From an uncultured Actinomycetes bacterium (GTDB taxonomy: Bacteria; Actinomycetota; Thermoleophilia; UBA2241), in contig CAVPVX010000001.1 in NCBI GenBank assembly GCA_963709345.1, positions 192,001 to 256,000 of the forward strand: DNA of 64,000 nucleotides, written 5' to 3'. Positions 49,674 to 59,367 of the stretch are shown piece by piece. Numbering within the stretch: position 1 is the stretch's first letter; every line of letters starts with the position of its first letter. The notes under the pieces were generated by a model that made no database searches, had not been told where the DNA came from, and was given only the letters and a program-made list of their open reading frames with translations. The position numbers were made by a program, and so were the translations under genes.

Positions 49674-50552
49674 ATGAGCAGCCCCGATAGCACGACCATC
49701 GACGTCGGTTCCTGGCTCTCCACGCTCACGCGCAACTGGTGGGTCGTCCTGGGGCTCGTCGTGCTCGGCGCAGCCGTCGGCGCCGTCATCATGCTGGTGC
49801 AGCCCAAGGAGTACAGCGCCGCGGCGTCCGTCTACATCGGCCAGACGACCGACGCCAACGGCAATCCCATGGCAGGCCTCAGCTCCAACAACAAAGCCGC
49901 GGTCCAGCTCCTCGCCAGCCAGGCGATCCTCAATGACGTGGCCGAGCGCACGGGGGACGGCATGACCGCGAGCCGGCTGCGCCGGGAGACGTCGGTCCAG
50001 ACTCCCTCGTCCACGGTCAAGACCACGACCTCCGTCGTGAACATCGTCATCATCACGGTGACGGATACCGATGCCGAACGCGCCACGGCGGCCGCGAACA
50101 ACCTGGCCGACGCGCTGCTGGAGCGCATCGACAGCGGGGTCGAGGCCAAGATCGCGCTGCTGGAGACGCAGGTCGAGATCGGCAAGAAGGCCTACGCCGC
50201 CTCGATTGAGCGCAGCGCAGCCGCCCAGGAGGCGCTTGCCGCCATCGCCGACGGGAACGGCTCGACCGGCGAGAAGGCCGTAGCGGCGGCCCCGTACATC
50301 GCCGTCGTCCAGGCGGCCGCGACCGAGCAACAACAGCTTTCCTCGAGCAACCAGAAGAACGAGCTCATGCTCCTCACGGCGCAGCAGACCGAGGAACCTC
50401 GGCTACTGCACGAGGCGGCGGTGCCGGACTCACCGAGTGGCCCCAGCATCACCCTGAACGTCGCCGCCGGCGCGCTTGCCGGGCTCGTAGTCGGCGTCAT
50501 CGTCGCCTTCGTACGCCGGCGCCTCAGCGAGCGAGACTCAGCCGCCGCCTGA
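49674..50552 (+). CDS. Wzz/CpsC-type chain-length determinant
   Basis: N-terminal TM + PKEYSA, coiled coil, PDSPSGP + C-terminal TM. Confidence 0.8.
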   Translation: MSSPDSTTIDVGSWLSTLTRNWWVVLGLVVLGAAVGAVIMLVQPKEYSAAASVYIGQTTDANGNPMAGLSSNNKAAVQLLASQAILNDVAERTGDGMTASRLRRETSVQTPSSTVKTTTSVVNIVIITVTDTDAERATAAANNLADALLERIDSGVEAKIALLETQVEIGKKAYAASIERSAAAQEALAAIADGNGSTGEKAVAAAPYIAVVQAAATEQQQLSSSNQKNELMLLTAQQTEEPRLLHEAAVPDSPSGPSITLNVAAGALAGLVVGVIVAFVRRRLSERDSAAA

Positions 50553-50584
50553 CGCACAGGCGTCCGGCCCGGCGTCACCGGACC

Positions 50585-51439
50585 TCACAGCTCGTAGACG
50601 CCCGGCCGCCGATTCTCGAGCGACGGAATCTGCGCACGAACCTCGTCAAGCCGGTCCAGGTCAAGGTCGGCGACGCACACCCCCGCGCCGTCCTCCACCC
50701 GCGCGAGCACCGTTCCCCACGGATCGACGATACAGCTCTGCCCATGACAGGAGCGCCCCGGCAGATGCTCACCGACCTGATCTGGAGCGAGCACGAAGCA
50801 CGTGTTCTCCACGGCCCGGGCACGCACCAGGACGTCCCAGTGCGCCGCGCCGGTGTGGGCCGTGAAAGCCGCCGGCGCGCAGAGCACGGCCGCGCCGCGG
50901 AGCGCCAGAGCCCGGTAGAGCTCGGGAAAGCGGAGGTCGTAGCACACGGTGAGCCCCAGCCGAAAAGCCTCATCACGGGAGACGGTCACGTCGGCGGTCA
51001 CCAGATCCGCTCCCGGGACGACGTCGCGTGACTCCTCGTAGGCCACGTCGCCGGAGACCACGTCGAAGAGGTGGATCTTGCGGTAGACGGCGCGAACGGT
51101 CCCGTGCGGGTCGAACAGGACCGAGGTGTTGTAGACCCGGTCCGCCAGCGGCGAAGTCTCGTAGATGGATCCGGCGAGCAGCCACATGCCGCGGCGGGAC
51201 GCCGCCGCGGCCACCGCCGTGTTGGAGGGACCGTCCGGGGCCTCCGCCGTCGCCAGGATGCCCTCGCGGGCACCCTTGAACGCCCACGTCTCCGGCAGGG
51301 CGACGAGCCTTGCGCCCTGATCCGCGGCGGCCTCCACCAGCCCAACGGCCGCGCGCACGTTCTCGGCGACGTCGCCGCGCGAGTTCATCTGCACGCAGGC
51401 GGCGCGCAGGACGCGGTCCGACGCGAGCGCCTCCGTCAC
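50585..51439 (-). CDS. Carbon-nitrogen hydrolase (Nit1-like)
   Basis: ALPE, YRKIHLFD, VCYDLRFPE triad, RARAVEN, VDPWG. Confidence 0.9.
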   Translation of the reverse strand: MTEALASDRVLRAACVQMNSRGDVAENVRAAVGLVEAAADQGARLVALPETWAFKGAREGILATAEAPDGPSNTAVAAAASRRGMWLLAGSIYETSPLADRVYNTSVLFDPHGTVRAVYRKIHLFDVVSGDVAYEESRDVVPGADLVTADVTVSRDEAFRLGLTVCYDLRFPELYRALALRGAAVLCAPAAFTAHTGAAHWDVLVRARAVENTCFVLAPDQVGEHLPGRSCHGQSCIVDPWGTVLARVEDGAGVCVADLDLDRLDEVRAQIPSLENRRPGVYEL

Positions 51440-52386
51440 TCGCCCGCTCCCGAAGGCTCGCAGGCGATCAGCGACAGCAGTTCGTAGGCGACCGTGGCGG
51501 CGAAGGTGGCGGTGAGGCTGCCGCTGTCGAGCTCCGGGACGACCTCGACGACGTCGGCGCCGGCGACGGCGAGCCCGCGGCAGGCCCGCACCAGCGCCAA
51601 GGCCTGCATGGAGCTGGGGCCGCCCACCTCGGGCGTGCCCACGGCAGGAGCGAAGGCGGGGTCGACGAAGTCGACGTCGACCGTGATGAACGCCCTGCCG
51701 GCCGCCTTGTCGACGGCCGCGGTCACCATGCCGGTACCCAGCTGCGCAAGGTCGTCCCACGAGACCACGGTGAAGCCCAGGTCGCGCGCCTGCTCGTGCT
51801 CGTCCGGCAGGTCGAGCCCGCCGCGCATGCCCATGAGGGTCGAGCGTGAAGGGTCGATCACACCCTCTTCGGCGGCGCGCCGGATGATCGAGCTGTGCAT
51901 GCGGGGCTCGCCGCCCGTCTCGTCCAGGGCGTCGGTGTGCGCGCCGAAATGCAGGAGGGCAAGCGGGCCGAACCGCTCCGCCGCGACCCGCAACTCGGCG
52001 AGAGTGACGGTATGGTCTCCGCCGATGCCCAGCGGGACGGCCCCGGCCTCGTGCATCGGGCGCAGCGTCTCCTCGATGGCGGCCAGACTGCGATCGGTGA
52101 AGCCGGCGACCACGCGGGCGTCGCCTGCGTCGATCACCGAGAGCCGTTCGAACACGGCGATTCGCTGCGCCGGGTTGTACGCCGGGTGGAGCGTCAGCGA
52201 TGCCTCGCGGACGGCGCGCGGGCCGAAGCGCGCTCCGGTCCGCACCGCGAGACCGGTGTCGAACGGCAGACCCACGACGGCCACATCGACGCCGTCGCTG
52301 TGCGTCACGTGCGGGAGCCGAAGAAACGTGGTGACGCCGGCGATCCTCGGAGCATCCTTGGGCCCGGCCGGACCATATCCCTTCAT
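51436..52386 (-). CDS. Agmatinase/ureohydrolase-family protein with altered metal motif
   Basis: PFD..GARFGP, GGDHT, FGAHTD (for FDAHxD), DVDFVDPAFAPAVGTPE, DVVEV. Confidence 0.85.
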   Translation of the reverse strand: MKGYGPAGPKDAPRIAGVTTFLRLPHVTHSDGVDVAVVGLPFDTGLAVRTGARFGPRAVREASLTLHPAYNPAQRIAVFERLSVIDAGDARVVAGFTDRSLAAIEETLRPMHEAGAVPLGIGGDHTVTLAELRVAAERFGPLALLHFGAHTDALDETGGEPRMHSSIIRRAAEEGVIDPSRSTLMGMRGGLDLPDEHEQARDLGFTVVSWDDLAQLGTGMVTAAVDKAAGRAFITVDVDFVDPAFAPAVGTPEVGGPSSMQALALVRACRGLAVAGADVVEVVPELDSGSLTATFAATVAYELLSLIACEPSGAGE

Positions 52387-52534
52387 CGCCGCCTCCTCAC
52401 GTGACAGTCATCCGCGTGAGGACTAGTCTACTGTCTAATCGATTCCCGCACTCTGCCGATAGAGGGGATGCGCGGGTTGGGCCCAGGGGCTCGGGGCGAC
52501 GATCGCCCTGCTGGGCAAAGGGGGTGGGTGGGCA

Positions 52535-54238
52535 GTGGCGGACGACCAGTTCCGCATCCTCATAGTCGACGACGACGACGACCTCAACACGTCGGTCGCC
52601 GCATCCCTCGAGGCACACGGCTTCGAGGTCTTCTCGGCGACCAGCGGAGAGCGGGGTCTTGAGCTCGCCTTCACCCGGCATCCGCACCTCGTCCTCCTCG
52701 ACGTCATGATGCCCGGCATGGACGGCTACCAGGTGTGCCGCGAGCTCCAGTTCGGCTACACCAAGGACATCCCCGTCGTCTTTCTCACGGCCAAGACGCA
52801 GCTGGCCAACATGGTCGAGGCCAACCGCTCGGGAGCTTCTGCGTACCTCACGAAGCCGTTTCGCACCGAGCGTCTCCTCGAGACCATCCGCGACGTGCTC
52901 CGCGACACGAGCGTCTACTACGACGAGATCACCGGGCTCCCGACGCTCGCCAACGTCCAGGTCGAGGTCCAGCGGATGCTGTTCGACCACAGCCAGCTGG
53001 GCATCATCTACGTCAGCCTCGAGGGCATGCACGCGCTCGAGCAACTGCAGGGGTTCGAGGTCGTGGACGACGTTCTGCGCGTGGTCGGCCGCCGCCTGCA
53101 GGAGGCGCGGGGGCACCTGATCCGCAACGAGGACTTCGTCTCCATCTCGAGCCTCGGAAACGCGTTCCTCGTCGTGCTCTCGCCGGGCCGCGACCGTCGC
53201 TCGGTAAGCGAGGACGACCTGCTGGCCATCAAGCAGCGCCTCGAGCACGAGTTGCTCGACCGGCTGGAGGATGAGCTCGAGGGCCGGCTCTTCGCCACGA
53301 TCGACCTGTTCGTCGGCTACGCCCGGCTCGCGCAGTCTCCCAAGGTGCGCTTCAGGCGCGCGCTGCTCGACGCCATCAGGCGCGCCACGCGCTCGATACA
53401 GGTCGAGCGCGACGAGATCCGCGGCCGCCTCGTCGAGGAGCTCGAACAGGTCATCTCCAAAGAGCAGGTGTCGTGCGTCTTCCAGCCCATCGTGGCCTTG
53501 AGCGACTTCGCCGTGCTCGGCTACGAGCTTCTCGCGCGCGGGCCCCTGGAGAGCGAACTGCACCGCCCGGACGCCCTCTTCGACCTGGCTCGCGACGAGG
53601 GTCGCGTCTCGGAACTGGACCGGCTGTGCCGGATGATGGCATCGCGCAGCAGCGCGACGCTGCCGCCCCGGTACCTGCGCTTCATCAACACGGAGCCGGT
53701 GGCCCTCTTCTTCCACTCCCGCAGCGACCTCTTCGTCCAGGAGTTCGTTGACGGGACACCGCCGGAGCTCCGCGGCCAGACGGTGATCGAACTCACCGAG
53801 AACAGCGTCATCGACGACTTCGACCACATGCGCGACGTCGTGCGCCGCCTGCGCTCGCACGGATTCCGCATCGCCATCGACGACGCGGGAGCGGGGTACT
53901 CCGGGCTGCAGACCATGGTCGAGATCGAGCCGGACTTCATCAAGCTCGACCGCTCGTTGATTCGCAGGCTCGACGAGTCGATCGTCAAGCAGAAGCTCGT
54001 GCGCACGCTGCGTGAGTTCTGCGACGAGGCCGGCATCACGCTCATCGCCGAGGGCATCGAGACTCACCCACAGCTGGAGACCCTGCGCAGCCTGGGCGTT
54101 GAGCACGGGCAGGGCTTCCTCTTCGCCTACCCAGGCTCGCCCTACCCGCTGAGTCGCACCTGCCCGCCCGACGCCGAGGTGCAGGCTCTCGGTGGGCCGG
54201 CCACCCCGCCGGTGGCCCCCGGGGCTCAGGCACTGTAG
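52535..54238 (+). CDS. Receiver + degenerate GGDEF + EAL protein
   Basis: LLDVMMPGMDG; DEITGLP with SLGNAF instead of GGDEF; FQPIV, ELLAR, ELTE, DDAGAGYS, IKLD, AEGIE, QGF. Confidence 0.88.
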   Translation: MADDQFRILIVDDDDDLNTSVAASLEAHGFEVFSATSGERGLELAFTRHPHLVLLDVMMPGMDGYQVCRELQFGYTKDIPVVFLTAKTQLANMVEANRSGASAYLTKPFRTERLLETIRDVLRDTSVYYDEITGLPTLANVQVEVQRMLFDHSQLGIIYVSLEGMHALEQLQGFEVVDDVLRVVGRRLQEARGHLIRNEDFVSISSLGNAFLVVLSPGRDRRSVSEDDLLAIKQRLEHELLDRLEDELEGRLFATIDLFVGYARLAQSPKVRFRRALLDAIRRATRSIQVERDEIRGRLVEELEQVISKEQVSCVFQPIVALSDFAVLGYELLARGPLESELHRPDALFDLARDEGRVSELDRLCRMMASRSSATLPPRYLRFINTEPVALFFHSRSDLFVQEFVDGTPPELRGQTVIELTENSVIDDFDHMRDVVRRLRSHGFRIAIDDAGAGYSGLQTMVEIEPDFIKLDRSLIRRLDESIVKQKLVRTLREFCDEAGITLIAEGIETHPQLETLRSLGVEHGQGFLFAYPGSPYPLSRTCPPDAEVQALGGPATPPVAPGAQAL

Positions 54239-54333
54239 GCGGACGGCACACGAGGCGACTGCCGACCGCTGGCGCCGAGGGCCGAACGTGCGTGTTCCTC
54301 CTTCCGGCCGCGTGTGGTACACTGCCGCGCACT

Positions 54334-54405
54334 ATGTCGACCAGCGACGCCACACGCAGCATCACCGCTTGCGCCACTTGGCGTCGCTGGCTCTGGCGCG
54401 CGTAG
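54334..54405 (+). promoter_or_regulatory. trpL: Trp-rich leader peptide (attenuator) MSTSDATRSITACATWRRWLWRA*
   Basis: Three TGG codons clustered at the 3' end; extended -10 TGGTACACT at 54315-54323; 150 nt upstream of trpB2. Confidence 0.75.
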
Positions 54406-54555
54406 CGCGCCCTCACCTGACACCCCGCGCGGGCCCTGCCCGCACCCCCTGACCACATCGTGGTCGTCCCGTCCCCAAGTATGGAGAGTCGGATCAGTGC
54501 ACCTTCATCCCCTGGCACCACGACATCGAGCGCGTCATTCGAGAGGAGGCCGGTC

Positions 54556-55920
54556 ATGAGCGAGTACAAGAAGAAGTTCGTGCTTGACGAGGAGAGGATC
54601 CCCAAGGCCTGGTACAACATCGTGCCGGATCTCCCCGCGCCGCCGCCGCCGCCGCTCAACCCGGCGACCATGCAGCCGGCCGGCCCCGACGACCTGGCGC
54701 CCATCTTCCCACCCAGCATCATCGCCCAGGAGGTCTCGGCCGAGCGCTACATCGAGATCCCCGAGGAGATCCACCAGATCTACCGCATCTGGAGGCCGAC
54801 GCCGCTCATCCGCGCCACCGGCCTCGAGAAGGCGCTGGACACGCCGGCCAAGATCTTCTTCAAGCACGAGGGCGTGAGCCCGGCCGGCTCGCACAAGAGC
54901 AACACCGCCGTCGCGCAGGCCTACTACAACAAGCTCGACGGCACCACGCGCCTCGCCACCGAGACCGGCGCCGGCCAGTGGGGCAGCGCGCTCAGCATGG
55001 CCTGCCAGATGTTCGACCTCGAGTGCATGGTCTACATGGTCAAGGTGAGCTACCAACAGAAGCCGTACCGGCGCAGCATGATGCAGCTCTGGGGCGGCAG
55101 CGTGATCCCCAGCCCGAGCGACCAGACCAATGCCGGCCGCGCCGTACTGGCTGAGGACCCCGACTCGCTCGGCAGCCTCGGCATCGCGATCAGCGAGGCC
55201 GTGGAAGACGCCGTCACGCACCCCGGGTCCAAGTACGCCCTGGGCAGCGTGACCAACCACGTGCTGCTGCATCAGACGATCATCGGCGAGGAGTGCATCC
55301 TTCAGGCGCAGGACGCCGACGCCTACCCGGACGTGGTCGTCGGCTGCGTCGGTGGCGGCTCGAGCTTCGGCGGCATGGCCTTCCCGTTCCTGCGTGAGAA
55401 CCTCGCCGGGAAGACCAACACGCGCCTCGTGGCCGTGGAGCCCACCGCGTGTCCATCACTCACCAAGGGCCAGTTCCGCTACGACTTCGGCGACGAAGCC
55501 CAGACCACGCCCCTGTTCAAGATGTACACGCTTGGCCACGACTACATGCCGCCCGGCATCCACGCCGGCGGCCTGCGCTATCACGGCATGGCCCCCTTGC
55601 TCAGCCACGTGTACGACCTGGGGCTGCTCGAGGCCGTGTCGGTCGCACAGACCAAGGTCTTCGAGGCGGCACAGCTCTTCGTGAAGACCGAGGCCATCGT
55701 GCCGGCGCCGGAGAGCGCGCACGCCATCCTCGCCGCCATCGACGAAGCGCTGAAGGCCAAGGAAGAGGGCGTGAGCCGGAACATCCTGTTCAACCTCACC
55801 GGCCACGGCCTGCTCGACCTCGGCTCGTACGACAGGTACCTGAGCGGCGAGCTCGAGGACTACGACCACCCGGAGGAGGCCATCGCGGCCTCCATCGCGA
55901 AGCTGCCGCGGGTGGACTGA
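54556..55920 (+). CDS. trpB2: TrpB-like PLP enzyme (tryptophan synthase beta type 2)
   Basis: [56 protein letters not shown]. Confidence 0.93.
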   Translation: MSEYKKKFVLDEERIPKAWYNIVPDLPAPPPPPLNPATMQPAGPDDLAPIFPPSIIAQEVSAERYIEIPEEIHQIYRIWRPTPLIRATGLEKALDTPAKIFFKHEGVSPAGSHKSNTAVAQAYYNKLDGTTRLATETGAGQWGSALSMACQMFDLECMVYMVKVSYQQKPYRRSMMQLWGGSVIPSPSDQTNAGRAVLAEDPDSLGSLGIAISEAVEDAVTHPGSKYALGSVTNHVLLHQTIIGEECILQAQDADAYPDVVVGCVGGGSSFGGMAFPFLRENLAGKTNTRLVAVEPTACPSLTKGQFRYDFGDEAQTTPLFKMYTLGHDYMPPGIHAGGLRYHGMAPLLSHVYDLGLLEAVSVAQTKVFEAAQLFVKTEAIVPAPESAHAILAAIDEALKAKEEGVSRNILFNLTGHGLLDLGSYDRYLSGELEDYDHPEEAIAASIAKLPRVD

Positions 55921-55980
55921 CGCGGCCGGAGCGGCGGGTGGCGAACCGCCCACACGCCGCGGACTGACTGCCGACGCACG

Positions 55981-56012
55981 AGAGGCGGCGGGGCTTTCGC
56001 TCCGCCGCCTCT
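55981..56012. terminator. Hairpin terminator after trpB2
   Basis: agaggcggcgg-ggctttcgct-ccgccgcctct between convergent genes. Confidence 0.7.
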
Positions 56013-56022
56013 TACGCGTACG

Positions 56023-56760
56023 TTATCCGCGCCGTGTATCGAGTAGGTCGGCCGCGCGTACCCCGAGATAGGCCTCCACCCGTCCGCCCGTCGTGCCGAG
56101 GTCCACCCCGAGGATCTGCTCGACACGCGCCAGGCGCTTGCGCAGAGTATTGCGATGCACGTACAGATCGGCGGAAGTCTCGGCCGCCGCGCCGCCGTGA
56201 GCGAGGTAGGTCTCGAGAGTGCTCAACAACGCGCTACCTCCGCTGCTGTCGGCGGCGCGCAGGCGCCCGACGACGGCGTCCACGAGCTCCTGCAGCTGCT
56301 CGTCAGAGAGCGCGTCGAGCACCTTGTAGCGCCGCCCCAAGTCGTCGAAGGCGACGACTCGCACCGCCGCGCCGCCGGCCAGCCCCGCCTGTCGCAGAGC
56401 AAGACGCGCCTGGCCCGCGCCTCGCGGAACCGCATCGAGGCCCGCCAGTGCCGCCGAGACGCCCCCGTCGATCCTGGCCGTGCGAATTCGTGCGGCGGCG
56501 CTCGTCGCGACCTCACCGAGCAGAGTCCGCACCGCGGCCGTGTCCATCCCTTCGACCAGCGGCGTCAGCACCAGTACCTGACCGCGGCTGCGACGCGAGA
56601 TGAAGGGGACCTGGCGCTCTTCGAGGAGCCTGTCAATCGTGCCGAGAAGGGCATCGGCCATCGCGTCGGCGACCGACGGATGGTCGCGCCGGCTGCCGCC
56701 TTCGACGCCCACGGAAAAGGCAACGAGGCGCCACGACTCGGTCGGCTCGATGCCGTGGTA
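56023..56760 (-). pseudogene. PucR/CdaR regulator C-terminal fragment
   Basis: LLSTLETYL..G.AAETSADLYVHRNTLRKRLARVEQILGVDL HTH; the N-terminus is missing. Confidence 0.7.
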
Positions 56761-57234
56761 GGCTTCACCGGCGCGGTCTTCGATGCCTTCTGCGAAGGGC
56801 TCGCAGAAGCAGGCCACTCGATCGAGGTTGCCGACCTCTGCGGAGAGGGCTTCGACCCGCTTCTCGGCCCCGACGACTATGCCCAGTTCGAGGGCCGGCC
56901 CATGCCCGCCGACGTGCTGGCGGAGCAAGCGCGGGTGGCGTGAGCCGATGCCCTCGTCTTGGCCTTCCCCGTCTGGTGGTGGTCGTTCCCCGCCATGCTC
57001 AAGGGCTGGTTCGACCGCGTCTGGTCGATGGACTGGGCCTACAGCTTCCAGCCCGGCCTCTCGCGCGGCCTGTTACCGAATGGTCCGGCCATGCTGCTGT
57101 GCGTGGCCGGCTCGCGCCGCTCCACGTACGAGGAGTACGGCTACGATAAGGCCATGTGCGATCAGATCCAGGTCGGCATCCTCGGCGACGGCGCCACCCG
57201 CAGCGTGCACGGGAAGGCGGCGCGCAGTTCCTGA
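56761..57234 (+). pseudogene. NAD(P)H dehydrogenase (flavodoxin_2) pseudogene
   Basis: GFTGAV..DLCGEGFDP..EQARVA*ADALVLAFPVWWWSFPAMLKGWFDRV. In-frame TGA at 56941; both ends eroded. Confidence 0.8.
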
Positions 57235-57385
57235 CTCCCGTCAGCGCCCTCCCTGAGCCCCCAATTGACGGCACGCGGTGGAGCTGATGGCCCACCCGCA
57301 TCCGACCCAGCCGCGCGCTGACGAGCGGCCGGTCGAGCCACGCCGCGCCGAGAGAACCTGCAGCGGTCCAACCGCCGGCGTCGGC

Positions 57386-58189
57386 TCAGAGCAGCGCGCC
57401 GGCCTCGGTGCGGAGCGTCGCCGCCAGATCCTCCCGGCGCACGACGAGGGGCTTCAGAAGACGAAGCGCCGGCGGGGCATCGCCGACGGCGATGCGTACC
57501 CCGGCGACCCGGAGTAGCGACTCGTCGGCCTCCGAGTCGCCGCAGGCGACCACGCGATCCAGCGGCACCCCCAGATAAGCCGCCGACAGGCGGACCGCAT
57601 CGCCCTTGTCGGCCCGGGCGTGCAGGACGCTTATGAAGCCGGGACGGATCGGCTCCACCCTCAGCCGCCCCGCCCACCTCTTCATCAGGGTGGGGAGGAG
57701 CTGAGAGACCAGCTCCGGCCGGCCGTGCAAGACGAGCCGCGTCACGCTCGCTCCCAGGGGAGCGCTCTCCGGCCCACGGCATCGCGCCCGCGCGACACCC
57801 GGGCACGCTTCGGCCGTCACGCGAGTCAGCTCGCGGGGTTCGTCGACGTCGTAGACGGTGACGCCGAGCCCGCGATCGAGCACTTCACCGGCGAGCGCGC
57901 TCGCGGCATGCTGCGGCAGCGGCAGATACCGCAGCTGCAGGCCGGAGCCGGGGTCGACGACCAGCGCGCCGTGGTAGCACATGTAGACGGCGGGCTCCGC
58001 CTCCAGCCGCTCGACCGCGCGCCTCGCCGCGTGCAGCGGGCGGCCCGTGCACACCGCCAGCGACGCGCCGGCCTTGCGAAGGACGGAGAGGGTCTCGACG
58101 ATGTCCCGGACCGGAATCCCCTCGGCATCCAGAAGCGTGCCGTCGAGGTCGCACGCCAGCAGTGCGCGGATGCGGAGGGACGCGGTCAC
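57386..58189 (-). CDS. Cof-type HAD hydrolase
   Basis: DLDGTLL, CTGRP, ADKG, GDSEADE. Confidence 0.85.
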   Translation of the reverse strand: MTASLRIRALLACDLDGTLLDAEGIPVRDIVETLSVLRKAGASLAVCTGRPLHAARRAVERLEAEPAVYMCYHGALVVDPGSGLQLRYLPLPQHAASALAGEVLDRGLGVTVYDVDEPRELTRVTAEACPGVARARCRGPESAPLGASVTRLVLHGRPELVSQLLPTLMKRWAGRLRVEPIRPGFISVLHARADKGDAVRLSAAYLGVPLDRVVACGDSEADESLLRVAGVRIAVGDAPPALRLLKPLVVRREDLAATLRTEAGALL

Positions 58190-59367
58190 GGCCGGCCGGC
58201 CACCGCGTCGGCGTCGGCTGCCGCGGTCGCCGCGCCGCCGGCCAGGGAGCGACCAGCACCTGCGATGACCTCCGTCAGCGGGCGCCCGACCAGCTTTTCG
58301 ACCTGCGCCGCGACGAGATCGGCCGCGTCGAGCCGCCGGCGCGCCGCGGCGAGCGCCGCGGCATCTCCGGCGAACCGCGCCTCGGCGCGCCGGCCCTTGT
58401 CGGCAAGGCCGGCGACGCCGGCCCCCACGGTCAGCTTGTCGGCGAGGTACAGCAGTTCGGTCTCGCCGGGCACGGGCGGCGGCCACCCGGGGAGCTCCAT
58501 GTGGTGCCGGACAAGGGCCGCCACCCGGGGGTAGCCCTCGGCAGCGATCACATCGGCGCCCGTCTCGGCGTGGCCGGGAGCGGCGCGCACCACGTCGTGC
58601 AGCAGCGCCGCGGCCTCGAGCAGCCGGAGGTCGAGACATACGCCGGCGGCGCGCAACGCGGCGCCCAGGCGGCCGGCCACGGCAGTGACGGTCTCGGCGT
58701 GGGCCACCACCGGCGCCGGCGTGGCGTGACGCTCCAGAAGCTCGAGGCACGCCTCCGGACCGGGCAGGCGCTCGCGCGCCGCGAGGCGGCACAGCCGCTC
58801 ATACGCGGCGCGATCGTCCATGTCGAGCAAGACGTTGGGGTCGGGGACCACTACGTCCACCGCGTCGCGGTCGCACTCCCTGAGCAGAGCCTGCAGACCT
58901 CCATCCGGGTCTCCGTCGGCGATGAGCCGGCGCAGCGCGGCCGAGACGAGCGGCGGGTGCCCGCGCCGACCTTCGAACATCGGATACGTCACTGAGGAGG
59001 CCGGGACGGCAGTGCGCGCGAGCAGAGCTATCGTCTCGGGCCGCACGAGAGCGCAGTCCACAGGGTGGACGAAGAAGGCGCTCGTCGCGGCCGGCAGCGC
59101 CCGCACGCCGCAGCGCACCGACGAGTACATGCCGACGGAGTAGTCCGGGTTCACGACGTGGTGCACGCGGGCCTCCGCCAGGACCGGGGCGATCTGATCG
59201 GCGCGATCGCCGAGCACGACGAGTGACTCCACACCGATCGCCGAGTAGCACCCGGCGACGCGGAGGACGGCGGGGACGCCGTCCAGCGGCAGGAGTGGTT
59301 TGGCCTCGCCCATGCGGGTCGACAGGCCCGCGGCCAAGACGACGGCGCGCAAGACGCCGGCGATCAT
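58186..59367 (-). CDS. MocA-like NTP transferase fused to HD domain
   Basis: LAAGLSTRMGEAKPLL, GMYSSV, PVD, GHPPL, DMD; HAETV, LLHDV, ADK. Confidence 0.85.
   Translation of the reverse strand: MIAGVLRAVVLAAGLSTRMGEAKPLLPLDGVPAVLRVAGCYSAIGVESLVVLGDRADQIAPVLAEARVHHVVNPDYSVGMYSSVRCGVRALPAATSAFFVHPVDCALVRPETIALLARTAVPASSVTYPMFEGRRGHPPLVSAALRRLIADGDPDGGLQALLRECDRDAVDVVVPDPNVLLDMDDRAAYERLCRLAARERLPGPEACLELLERHATPAPVVAHAETVTAVAGRLGAALRAAGVCLDLRLLEAAALLHDVVRAAPGHAETGADVIAAEGYPRVAALVRHHMELPGWPPPVPGETELLYLADKLTVGAGVAGLADKGRRAEARFAGDAAALAAARRRLDAADLVAAQVEKLVGRPLTEVIAGAGRSLAGGAATAAADADAVAGRP

Noticed and set aside
56941-56943. In-frame TGA as possible selenocysteine
   Set aside because: It aligns with the Trp/variable position in 'EQ...WAD' of flavodoxin_2 proteins, not a Cys, and the gene is also truncated. 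It is a nonsense mutation.
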